The notes below the pieces were generated by a model. The model was not told where the DNA came from. It did not search any database and worked only from the letters and a program-made list of their open reading frames with translations. A stretch of 64,000 nucleotides of DNA from an uncultured Desulfobacter sp. (GTDB lineage: Bacteria; Desulfobacterota; Desulfobacteria; Desulfobacterales; Desulfobacteraceae): assembly GCA_963665095.1 (NCBI GenBank), contig OY762069.1, positions 4,736,001 through 4,800,000 of the forward strand, given 5' to 3'. Shown here piece by piece: positions 49,150 through 57,890 of this stretch. Position numbers and translations under genes: made by a program. Positions within the stretch are counted from its first letter, which is position 1. Every line of letters begins with the position of its first letter.

Positions 49150-50292
49150 TTAATCTTCGGCAATGGCACCGGCAGTCGGTCCGCCGTCGGCAGCAGTCGG
49201 GTTAAGGTCAATGCCCCAGTAGTCGCCGTCATCAGCAGGATACATGTGGCCTTCAGGGCACATGGTGGCAAACTGCCAGGTTGACTGAGCTTCTGAGATG
49301 TTGAAGGTCCGAACTTTAAAGTTGTCAGCATTACCGACATAGTCATAATCTGGACTGGGTTCGTCATCGGTGTAACCCACGCAGTAAGCCTGGAGACCGT
49401 CTTCAGAAGAGTCTCCGTCAATGGCGTCAATTGCGGCACCTTCAGTGGTATCATCCATTCTTACCGTAGTTGCCGTGAGACGAGGAAGTACCAGGTTGTA
49501 ATCATTGTAAGTTACGTTGTCGGCATTCTGAATGCCACCAGGGCAATGGGCTGCGTTGGCGATAACACCGTCTTTGACCAGAGCGGATTCAGCGCCCATA
49601 CCCATAACAATACGGCCAAAAAATTCAGGCTCACCCCAGCCACGCTCATAACTCGGAAGGACAAAAGCGTTACCAGAAGCGCCTGTATTGATACCAGTGG
49701 CAACCATCATAACACCAAGCCCTTCTTCAACAGTCACTTTTTCCATTTCAGGAGCTTTGGTAACGCTTGTTGCCAAAGCGGTGTCATTGGGACCAGGGTC
49801 GGTGGTGTCTGTTGAAACAGTATTATTGTAACCGGATTTAATTGCTGTGCCATCATCCAAATACGCATCATAAGCATTAAGGTTATATACAGACACAATG
49901 CCCATATTTTTGATCTCAGCGGCTTCGTTAGCATCCAGGTAATGAATCATGAAATGATTTCTTTCATTGAATTCAGCCGCCAGAGTTTCTGCACCATTGT
50001 CCGGGTCGCCGTCAGAAATAGCTGGAATCTGATAGGTATCAGCCGCTGTTTCTTCAACAATGTTGGTCAATAGGTTCGGAAAACGATTAGTTTTTTCAAA
50101 ATAAGAAGCCATATAAGTAACCATTCTGTTCTGGTTAGTGTCGCATACCGTATCAACGGCGTCGCCGGAGATGCCGGCAAGGCGGGGTGCGACCATGGCA
50201 ATGAGGAAGCCCATGATGGTCAGGACGACCAGGATTTCAAGCAGGGTAAAACCTTTTTGATTGTTAATGTTCTTGTGCTGTTTCTTTTCCAT
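49150..50292 (-). CDS. Putative major pilin, unusually large (380 aa)
   Basis: AAGGAG RBS then MEKKQHKNINNQKG|FTLLEILVVLTIMG; first pilin of the operon, flanked by stem-loops. Confidence 0.85.
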   Translation of the reverse strand: MEKKQHKNINNQKGFTLLEILVVLTIMGFLIAMVAPRLAGISGDAVDTVCDTNQNRMVTYMASYFEKTNRFPNLLTNIVEETAADTYQIPAISDGDPDNGAETLAAEFNERNHFMIHYLDANEAAEIKNMGIVSVYNLNAYDAYLDDGTAIKSGYNNTVSTDTTDPGPNDTALATSVTKAPEMEKVTVEEGLGVMMVATGINTGASGNAFVLPSYERGWGEPEFFGRIVMGMGAESALVKDGVIANAAHCPGGIQNADNVTYNDYNLVLPRLTATTVRMDDTTEGAAIDAIDGDSSEDGLQAYCVGYTDDEPSPDYDYVGNADNFKVRTFNISEAQSTWQFATMCPEGHMYPADDGDYWGIDLNPTAADGGPTAGAIAED

Positions 50293-50522
50293 TTTGTACT
50301 TCTCCTTTAAAATAAAGTTTAAGGCTAAGTACAAACAACCCACCCTCAGAGTCTGCTGCACTATGTGGCGCCGTGGGTTTCCACGGCAATTAAAAAATTA
50401 AGTGTTTTTCCCGGTATGTTCCGGGCCTTGCGGTATACCTTGTTCCGGCGCCCTGCCGCGACACAAGAAGTATTGCCTTAAATAACGGTGGTTCAAATCC
50501 TCCTTTCGGTTAAATTTGCGGG

Positions 50523-50762
50523 TTAGGGGTTTGCTGTGGGAGACACCGCCCGGGCATGCGGCCCAGCGGGCTTGAGCTGTCCTGCGTCGTAATCCACCAC
50601 ATATCGAAAGTCCTTGCCGCAATGGATAATGACCTCTTTCTGGCCTTTTTTAAGAAACCGCATTTCTACTTTCAGCTCTCCAAATCCGTCGTGCATAAAT
50701 ATATCCGTGTACAATTCCTGGATTTTGTCCAGTATGTCGCTGTGTTCCCGGGCAAGATTCAT
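50523..50762 (-). CDS. Small hypothetical protein
   Basis: AGGAG RBS; compact core HDGFGELKVEMRFLKKGQKEVIIHCGKDFRYVVD. Confidence 0.65.
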   Translation of the reverse strand: MNLAREHSDILDKIQELYTDIFMHDGFGELKVEMRFLKKGQKEVIIHCGKDFRYVVDYDAGQLKPAGPHARAVSPTANP

Positions 50763-50862
50763 GAATCTCCTGTTCTTTTCCTTACGGCTTTGCCGGCTTT
50801 ATTGGGTGTTTTTGTCCGGGCCTGTCGGGCCCGAAGATTTGACTCATTGCTAATTCGGGGGA

Positions 50863-51270
50863 TTAACAGGCTGGAGGACCCCGGTACACCAGCCAGGCAT
50901 GAAAATCAGCCGGCACCGGAACGGGGGACCCGGGGCAGGAGAGGTCAGGACCGGGTGGGGCCGGCCTAACCTCCTGGTGACGAACGACCTGCTGCTCAGG
51001 TGCTTTGACGCATGAGTCGAAAATAGAACAGTGATGGAGGTGATACCCGTCTGTATTTCGCTTTTCAATACAGGCCACAAGACGAGGCGCACCGTTATCT
51101 GCATTCCGGTGTCCATGGGTATGAAACTGTTTCAGGTCAGACATGCCATGCCAGGACGTATGACATATTCCTGATGCGAAAAGATTGAAGGTAAACAATG
51201 CCAGCACCACAAGCACCACCATGGGCACTTCCGGTACAGTTGAATTTTCTTTTTCAAAAAGGTCAGGCAT
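50863..51270 (-). CDS. His/Cys-rich leader protein with C-terminal RGPP motif (DUF2946/CruR/CutF-like architecture)
   Basis: N-terminal hydrophobic segment, 10 His and 6 Cys, Pro-rich linker, ends YRGPPAC-stop. Confidence 0.6.
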   Translation of the reverse strand: MPDLFEKENSTVPEVPMVVLVVLALFTFNLFASGICHTSWHGMSDLKQFHTHGHRNADNGAPRLVACIEKRNTDGYHLHHCSIFDSCVKAPEQQVVRHQEVRPAPPGPDLSCPGSPVPVPADFHAWLVYRGPPAC

Positions 51271-51357
51271 TTATTCACCATATCAAACAAATCTATGTAT
51301 AAAGATTTGCCTTGTCTGTATCGACTAACTTGTATTGCTTAGACTTAAAAACAAGAT

Positions 51358-51388
51358 GCGTTATAACGCCTGATAAGATAGGTGTCAA
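51358..51388 (-). promoter_or_regulatory. Sigma-70 promoter of the filament operon with a palindrome over the -10
   Basis: Minus strand TTGACA-N17-TATAAC; perfect palindrome GCGTTATAACGC at 51358-51369. Confidence 0.75.
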
Positions 51389-51497
51389 GGGGTAATGTTT
51401 GTTTGCACTAAAAAAAAATAGATTTAAAAATAAGTTTTATTAAGCGAATTTATTGAGAGTCTATCTGGTTGAGGTAATGGCAATATAAATGCACAGA

Positions 51498-51851
51498 TTA
51501 CGGTTTGACCACCAATGCAACCGCTGTGGGTATCAGGCCGTTGGGTGGGATCAGGCCGTCAAATTTTTTTTCATATCCATGCACTGATTTTAGCCCAGAA
51601 AAACAATCCAACACTGTAAAAATTCGTTCCGGGCTTACATTTTTCAGAATGGTTCCAAAAAGCTGCTGCGCTTCATCCGTTAAATCTGCCACGATTTCCC
51701 GGGTCATTTTAATGGGGCGGGAATGTCCGATGATTTCAATGGTGTGGGCCTGGGCCGTGGTGAAGCCGGTGTCTCGGACAACCGCTTCTTCCCTGGAAGA
51801 TAGCTTTTCAAAAAATTCCACAATGCTTTTTGACAGATGGGTTAAATCCAT
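51498..51851 (-). pseudogene. MarR-family regulator remnant lacking the winged helix
   Basis: MDL..LSKSIVEFFEKLSS...TAQAHTIEIIG...IKM runs directly into the C-terminal helix TREIVADLTDE; the HTH and DRR wing are absent. Confidence 0.6.
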
Positions 51852-51917
51852 TGTTAAATAAAAAGCAATATGGTATTTGCCTGAACAAAAATCACGCACA
51901 GCACAGGAGCATAATCT

Positions 51918-52991
51918 ATGGATCCAACCCGTCTGATTCCAACACCGGATACAATCCCTGTGGCCTGGGGATGGTTTGATCTGCTGTTGATCGCCACTTT
52001 TATTCTGCATCTTCTGGTCATGAATTTCATGCTTGGCGGAGGGCTTATCTCTGTGCTCAACATGTTTCGCCCACAAAGTCAAAACCAGCTTTTAAACAAA
52101 GAGATAAGCGTTAAATGGCCCTTTACCATCGCCTTTGCCGTGAACTTGGGTGTGGCACCACTGCTGTTTATTCAGGTGATATACGGTCATTTCATTTATA
52201 CCAGCTCCATTCTGATGGCGGTGTGGTGGCTGTCTGTCATTATATTACTGATTCTGGCGTATTACGGGGCGTATATTTATGATTTTAAATTTGATCGGCT
52301 TAAAACCCTGAAAGCACCGCTTCTGTTAGTGGTGGTGGTTTTGATGCTGTATATCGCCTTTTTCTTTACCAATAATATGACGCTTATGCTTCAACCGGAG
52401 CGCTGGCAGGCCTATTTTCAAAATACCGGGGGGACGTTTCTCAACCTTGGGGACCCTGTCCTGGTCCCGCGTTATCTGCATATGGTTACAGGCTCTGTGG
52501 CGGTTGCAGGGCTGGGTGTGGCCGCGCTTGGCCATTTTAATCTGATTCGGACGGGCCTTGATCGTGAATGGATGATCCGCCGGGGTTTAGGGTATTTCCG
52601 GGCTGCAACCATGGTTCAGGTGCTGATCGGTATCTGGTTTCTCATCTCTTTACCAACCCATATTATGACCCTTTTTCTGGGAAAAAGTGTTGTGGGAACC
52701 CTTCTTTTAGTCATGGGCGTGGTTCTGGCGGTTGCCGGCCTTTTTCTGGCCAAAAGGGGCAAACCCATGGCTGTGATCGGGACAGGTTCGATACTGCTGG
52801 TGGTGATGGTACTTATAAGAGATCTGGTCAGGCAGGCCTATCTGCAGCCCTATTTTCAGTTATCAGACCTCACCCTGCAAAAGGAGAGCAGCTCGTTTAT
52901 CTTTTTTCTGGTGGTGCTTGTCATCGGGATTACCCTTATCGGGTATATGCTCAAACTGCTTGCAGGGTGTGAAAGGCAGGTGTCCAGATGA
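51918..52991 (+). CDS. Polytopic membrane protein, partner subunit of a cytochrome bd-superfamily complex
   Basis: About 9 TMs with LHLLVMN, NLGVAPLLF.QV.YG, PRYLH and IRDLVR; overlaps the next gene by 4 nt. Confidence 0.7.
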   Translation: MDPTRLIPTPDTIPVAWGWFDLLLIATFILHLLVMNFMLGGGLISVLNMFRPQSQNQLLNKEISVKWPFTIAFAVNLGVAPLLFIQVIYGHFIYTSSILMAVWWLSVIILLILAYYGAYIYDFKFDRLKTLKAPLLLVVVVLMLYIAFFFTNNMTLMLQPERWQAYFQNTGGTFLNLGDPVLVPRYLHMVTGSVAVAGLGVAALGHFNLIRTGLDREWMIRRGLGYFRAATMVQVLIGIWFLISLPTHIMTLFLGKSVVGTLLLVMGVVLAVAGLFLAKRGKPMAVIGTGSILLVVMVLIRDLVRQAYLQPYFQLSDLTLQKESSSFIFFLVVLVIGITLIGYMLKLLAGCERQVSR

Positions 52992-55630
52992 ATTATCCCC
53001 TATGGCATCTGACCACCTTTGGCGGTGGTTTTTTTATTGCACTGATTGCAGTGGTTCATGTGCTGGTTTCCCACTTTGCCGTTGGCGGCGGGGCATTTCT
53101 GGTGCTTCTGGAGAGAAAGGCGCGTAACACTGACGATGCCGACCTTTTAGCCTATGTAAAAAAACACAGCCGTTTTTTCATGCTGCTGACCATGGTGTTC
53201 GGCAGCATCACAGGCGTGGGGATCTGGTGGACCATTGCCCTGCTCAACCCCGGCGGGACATCTGTCTTGATTCACACCTTTGTTTTCGGGTGGGCTGCGG
53301 AATGGGTCTTTTTCCTGTGCGAAATTGTGGCGTTGTTTGTCTATTATTACACCTTTGATCGCATGGACCCTAAGGCCCACACGACCGTGGGGTGGATCTA
53401 TTTTATCAGTGCCTGGATGTCGCTGTTCCTGATCAACGGCATTATTGATTTTATGCTTACACCCGGGGCCTGGCTTGATACAAAGGCGTTCTGGGACGGG
53501 TTTTTTAATCCCACCTTCTGGCCCGCCCTGGTGTTCCGCACAGGCATGGCATTGACCCTTTGCGGTGTGTTTGGGTTTGTCACGGCGGCCTTTACTCAAA
53601 AAGCGGGGCTGCGGACCCGGCTGATGCGGATCTGTTCTGTCTGGACCCTTCTGCCCTTTGTTTTGATGATGATTGGCCTTTTCTGGTATGCCAAGGTGTT
53701 GCCTGAAACGGTCCATACGATGATATTCAGCCACTCTCCTGAGATGGCGCCCTATTTTACCGCCTTTATGTGGGGGCTGCCGGTACTCTTTGCCGCTGCT
53801 TTGGTGATGGCCCTGAAATTGCCGCAGGGGGTCCAAAAGGCCCTTTGCGTGGTGGTGGTCCTCGTCTCCCTGGTCTATCTCGGTGCCTTTGAATTTATTC
53901 GGGAGGGGGGACGCAGGCCCTTTATTATCCGGGATTACATGTATGCCAACCAGGTGCGCAAAACCGATGTAAAAACGATAAACGACAAGGGGTTCCTGTC
54001 CACGGCCAAATGGAGCCGACATAAACAGATCACAGACGAAAACCAGGTTGATGCCGGTGCCGAGCTGTTCCAGTTCCAGTGCGGCATCTGCCACGCAATT
54101 GACGGGCCCATGCACAATATCCGGCCCCTGATCAAAAAGTATGACAGTATGTTCGGCATGGATGCCAAGCTCAACGGTCTGGGTAAACTGAATACCTATA
54201 TGCCCGAATTCATGGGCACCTGCCGGGAACGTCTGGCCCTGGCCGCCTATCTGGTTCAGGAGATCAACGGCATTAATACTGCAATCCCGGATAATCCCGA
54301 AGTGGCAAATAAAGATCTGCCTGTATCGGTTCCTCCCTTTGATCATGACACGGACCAGTATGTGCTGCTGGCATGGAACGACCTGGGGATGCACTGCATT
54401 TCCGACAGCTCCCGGTACTGGGTGCTTTTGCCGCCGGCAAACAATATCTGGGCCCAGCTGATCCGGCGCGATGACGTGCCGGAACTTGTCACCGACGGGG
54501 TGGAACTGCGTTATGAGGTTGAAAAAGGGTTTGAGCATCCTGAAAATCACGTACCGTTCTGGGAGCACGCACAATCCATTCTCGGCAAAAAGCTTGACCC
54601 GGGTGCGGGTGTAACCGGCAACAAGGTCTCAGGCGTCATGGAAGCCAGGGAAGACCACCAGGCATTTGCAGCGGAGTTTATCCCGGTGGTGCCCTACCCG
54701 GATGACGGCAGCTTCAATCCCTATCCCATTTTCACGGTTACCGCCGTGGACAAAGCTTCCGGCAAGGTGCTGGCGGTCACGCGAACAGTGGCACCCACCT
54801 CAACGGAGATGGGGTGTAAAAACTGCCATGGCGGCGGCTGGCGGGTCAACGGCGTGGCCGGGTTCACAAAGGAGACCAGCCTGGATGTACTCAAGGCCCA
54901 TGACAAGAACAGCGGCACCCGTCTTGTGGAACGCGCCCTAAAGGGGGAACCCATGCTCTGCCAGTCCTGCCATGCGGATCCTGTGCTGGGCACCCAAGGA
55001 AAACCGGGGATTCTTAATTTTCCTGCGGCCATTCACGGGTGGCACGCCAATTTCCTCACAGACCGCGAAGGTCCTGCCGCATGCGTGGCCTGCCATCCGG
55101 CACGCGCCAACGGGCCCACCCAGTGCTTCCGAAGCCACCATGCCGATTTCCTTGACTGCACCAACTGCCACGGCACCCTTGAAGACCATGCCCTGGGCCT
55201 GCTGAAAAAGGAGAAGATGGACGGGAAGAAAGGTGCGGCCCGGCTGATGGAACGTCTGACGCCGAGGGTGGCGGATACGGTGGCGGAGATCAATCCCCGG
55301 ACCCCATGGCTGCAGGAGCCCGACTGCCTGAATTGTCATCAGGAGTATCAGCCCCCGGAAACCGACAACGGGTTCAATACCTGGACCTCAGGCGGAGAAA
55401 CACTTTTCCGTAACCGGACTGATGAGATGGGCGCGGTGATGTGTGAAGGGTGCCACAGCAGTACCCATGCCACATATCCGGCCGTAATGAACCGCCTGGG
55501 CGAGCAGCGGGATTCCATCCAGCCCCAGCAGTACCAGGACAGCGACAGGCCCATCGGCAATGACTGCACGGTCTGCCACAGGGTGCAGCCCGATTATGAA
55601 GGGCATCATCCCAACTCGCTTCGCCAATAA
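52988..55630 (+). CDS. CydA-like membrane domain fused to an octaheme cytochrome c
   Basis: HVLVSHFAVG, GSITGVGIW, AEWVFF..E, EFIREGGRRP (CydA GRQPW-like); eight CxxCH motifs. Confidence 0.85.
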   Translation: MNYPLWHLTTFGGGFFIALIAVVHVLVSHFAVGGGAFLVLLERKARNTDDADLLAYVKKHSRFFMLLTMVFGSITGVGIWWTIALLNPGGTSVLIHTFVFGWAAEWVFFLCEIVALFVYYYTFDRMDPKAHTTVGWIYFISAWMSLFLINGIIDFMLTPGAWLDTKAFWDGFFNPTFWPALVFRTGMALTLCGVFGFVTAAFTQKAGLRTRLMRICSVWTLLPFVLMMIGLFWYAKVLPETVHTMIFSHSPEMAPYFTAFMWGLPVLFAAALVMALKLPQGVQKALCVVVVLVSLVYLGAFEFIREGGRRPFIIRDYMYANQVRKTDVKTINDKGFLSTAKWSRHKQITDENQVDAGAELFQFQCGICHAIDGPMHNIRPLIKKYDSMFGMDAKLNGLGKLNTYMPEFMGTCRERLALAAYLVQEINGINTAIPDNPEVANKDLPVSVPPFDHDTDQYVLLAWNDLGMHCISDSSRYWVLLPPANNIWAQLIRRDDVPELVTDGVELRYEVEKGFEHPENHVPFWEHAQSILGKKLDPGAGVTGNKVSGVMEAREDHQAFAAEFIPVVPYPDDGSFNPYPIFTVTAVDKASGKVLAVTRTVAPTSTEMGCKNCHGGGWRVNGVAGFTKETSLDVLKAHDKNSGTRLVERALKGEPMLCQSCHADPVLGTQGKPGILNFPAAIHGWHANFLTDREGPAACVACHPARANGPTQCFRSHHADFLDCTNCHGTLEDHALGLLKKEKMDGKKGAARLMERLTPRVADTVAEINPRTPWLQEPDCLNCHQEYQPPETDNGFNTWTSGGETLFRNRTDEMGAVMCEGCHSSTHATYPAVMNRLGEQRDSIQPQQYQDSDRPIGNDCTVCHRVQPDYEGHHPNSLRQ

Positions 55631-55651
55631 TTGTACGGTGTTTTGACACAG

Positions 55652-55701
55652 CCGGTCCTGTCCGCAACTACTTTGCCGGACAGGACCGGTTCTATTTTTT
55701 T
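55652..55701 (+). terminator. Intrinsic terminator
   Basis: CCGGTCCTGTCCG/CGGACAGGACCGG stem followed by TTCTATTTTTTT. Confidence 0.8.
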
Positions 55702-55830
55702 CTAAAGTCAGACAGGTGATTTGTCTGGCCATGCAGAGTCGGTGGCCCTTCCTCGTAAGGCTGCAGAAAGGGCGGCTCCGCTGACCCTGAATAACACAGG
55801 TCTGGCGCAACAGCGCCTGACACCGATGAA

Positions 55831-56346
55831 TCAGCTTGCCGCCTGTGTGATTAAATATTGCTGATACCGGTGGATTTCATCCAGAAAATTGGGTGTAAAA
55901 ATTCCTGAATCCGCTTTTGCATCGATTTCATGCAACTGCCAGAAGCGTCCTTCCTCAATCTCTTCGACATTGGTTTTAATATCCCCGTCCCACAGGCAGT
56001 GGTAGGTGGACACATATTCCGATTCATAGTTATTTTGCATCCGGTATTTGTACAAAAAATCAAACCCGGCGCCGGTAATGCCTAACTCTTCTTTCATTTC
56101 ACGGGCAGCTGCATTCTGGTAGGATTCTCCTTTATCCACATGGCCGCCCACTGACGTATCCCATTTCCCAGGCTGGACATCTTTATTTTTATCCCGTTTT
56201 TGGAGATATACTTCGTTTTTGCTGTTAAAAACCAGAATATGAACCACCCTGTGAATCAGGTCCGGGTTTCCGTGAACCTGCTTGCGGGTGGCCTGCCCAA
56301 TAATATGATCTTCTTCATCAACGATATCGAAAATTTCTTTTGTCAT
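55831..56346 (-). CDS. NUDIX hydrolase (IDI/YfcD-like)
   Basis: HRVVH, LQKR...KD..PG.WD, GGHVDKGES...AAREMKEELG. Confidence 0.9.
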   Translation of the reverse strand: MTKEIFDIVDEEDHIIGQATRKQVHGNPDLIHRVVHILVFNSKNEVYLQKRDKNKDVQPGKWDTSVGGHVDKGESYQNAAAREMKEELGITGAGFDFLYKYRMQNNYESEYVSTYHCLWDGDIKTNVEEIEEGRFWQLHEIDAKADSGIFTPNFLDEIHRYQQYLITQAAS

Positions 56347-56484
56347 AAACAGTTCCTTCAACTTCAGGCAGACTCAATCCATGCTGCACAAGAAATACTG
56401 ACATGCGGTCCCCTTCCAGATTATTTTTAAACCGCCATAGTAGTTAAGGAATTCCTGCTCGTCAACGTCAATTCCCCATATCTG

Positions 56485-57300
56485 TCACTCTTCCAGGTGC
56501 CAGAGTTTAACCGCGTTAAAATAGTTTGCCATGTTATGGTCGGCCACGCCGTCCAGGCCCTGTTCCCTGACTGCGTTAAAGGCACCGTCAAAGTAGTCGA
56601 GAAATTTGAACCAGCATCCGGGTTCCGGACAGATTTGTTTTTCTTCGGATATGTACAGATAGGTGCCCACATGGCTGTATCCCATTAAACGGGCCGGCAC
56701 CCGGGTCACAATGTCGTTGTTGTTGTGGAATCTGAAAAACCGCTGTTTACATTCCATATTGAAAATACGGGCGGTATCCCGGGTCATGGCCCGGGGCTGC
56801 CCAAATGTGTATACGCTTGTAAATGGCTTGTCTTCATGGATATACCTTGCCGCGGCAATGGTTGCCATGGCCCCGCCCAGGCTGTGGCCGGTTATGAAGA
56901 TGGGGCGCCTTTTAACTTGCTGCAGGGCCCGGCATTTTTCATCAATGGGCTGCCACACATCTTCCACAAATTTCCAGAATCCCCGGTGAAACTGTCCGAA
57001 CAAAGCATCCGTACCAAAAGCATCAATATTGTCCAGCCAGTCTCTGAGCTCATTTGTGCCCCGAAATGCCATGCACAGATACTCTTCATGTTCGATCACA
57101 GCTGCCTGGGCACTGTTGTTATCCACACCCGATACGGAGATGAATTTATCATCCTCCCGCTGCAGGGTGTTTAAAATGCCCTCTTCATCAGGGACCTGGT
57201 TGTCATTGGATTGTTTCAAGTACACTTCCCTGGCAATTTTTGCCATCCAGTATGCATTTCCGGCATCCATCGCCGTTTTATAGGGTGATACTTTTTTCAT
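56485..57300 (-). CDS. Class 3 lipase
   Basis: AFRGT, HRGF, TGHSLGGA, YTFGQPR, DIVTRVP, DH.M..Y. Confidence 0.9.
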   Translation of the reverse strand: MKKVSPYKTAMDAGNAYWMAKIAREVYLKQSNDNQVPDEEGILNTLQREDDKFISVSGVDNNSAQAAVIEHEEYLCMAFRGTNELRDWLDNIDAFGTDALFGQFHRGFWKFVEDVWQPIDEKCRALQQVKRRPIFITGHSLGGAMATIAAARYIHEDKPFTSVYTFGQPRAMTRDTARIFNMECKQRFFRFHNNNDIVTRVPARLMGYSHVGTYLYISEEKQICPEPGCWFKFLDYFDGAFNAVREQGLDGVADHNMANYFNAVKLWHLEE

Positions 57301-57599
57301 CTGCGGGCTTCCTTTTTTTAAAATATTTTTGCCCAGGTGGTATCCAGTCCAGGTCATTCAGCGGCTGCAAGTATATTTAACAGGGACTGAACTGGTTTGA
57401 CATCGTCCCAGTGATTCGGGACAGCATATTCCACAGGCCATTGAAAATGTTGCCTGTTTATGCAGGTGAATTGGGTACTTTGTCATATATGATGGCAGGA
57501 GAGAGCAATACAAATTTTCTATTTTACTGATAAGTTACATTGGGCAACAGCCATCCTTCTGAAACGATTTCAGCGGCCGCTGGTGTCGGAACAGTTAAG

Positions 57600-57714
57600 G
57601 GGAGTACCCACCTGCGGCGTTGCTGCACAAAGCTGCAATCCTCACGCACTGGAGTACGCTTGCGGTTGGAGCTTTGCTTGGGCCTTGCATCTGGGCAATT
57701 TTGCGTCCAAACAC
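57600..57714 (-). repeat. Structured MITE/REP-like element, copy 2
   Basis: Minus strand shares TGTTTGGACG, TTGCCCAGATGCAAGGC, GTGAGGATTGCAG and GCAACGCCGCAGGTGG with 4850-4972. Confidence 0.75.
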
Positions 57715-57890
57715 TGGGTTTTCGTTCAGGCACTATATATCCTAGTTTGTATAATCAGGGCGGATAAAGGTATAAAAAGGGGAAAATTAGATAAAAATTT
57801 TCAGCAGTAATCGTTTTCTAACATTTTTATATTTAGATATGCAGGAAATAAGGACCAGGCACTGTTCCCAATTCAAAAGGAAAATAGTTA

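Noticed and set aside
34116..50292. Calling the cluster a standard T2SS or a Geobacter-type conductive pilus
   Set aside because: PilT and PilMNOP-like genes argue against T2SS, and the pilins are far larger than short e-pilins.
53147..54574. 475-aa minus-strand ORF
   Set aside because: Antisense to the cytochrome fusion gene; shadow ORF.
57524..57810. Short ORFs on both strands
   Set aside because: They overlap the non-coding structured repeat and show no protein features.
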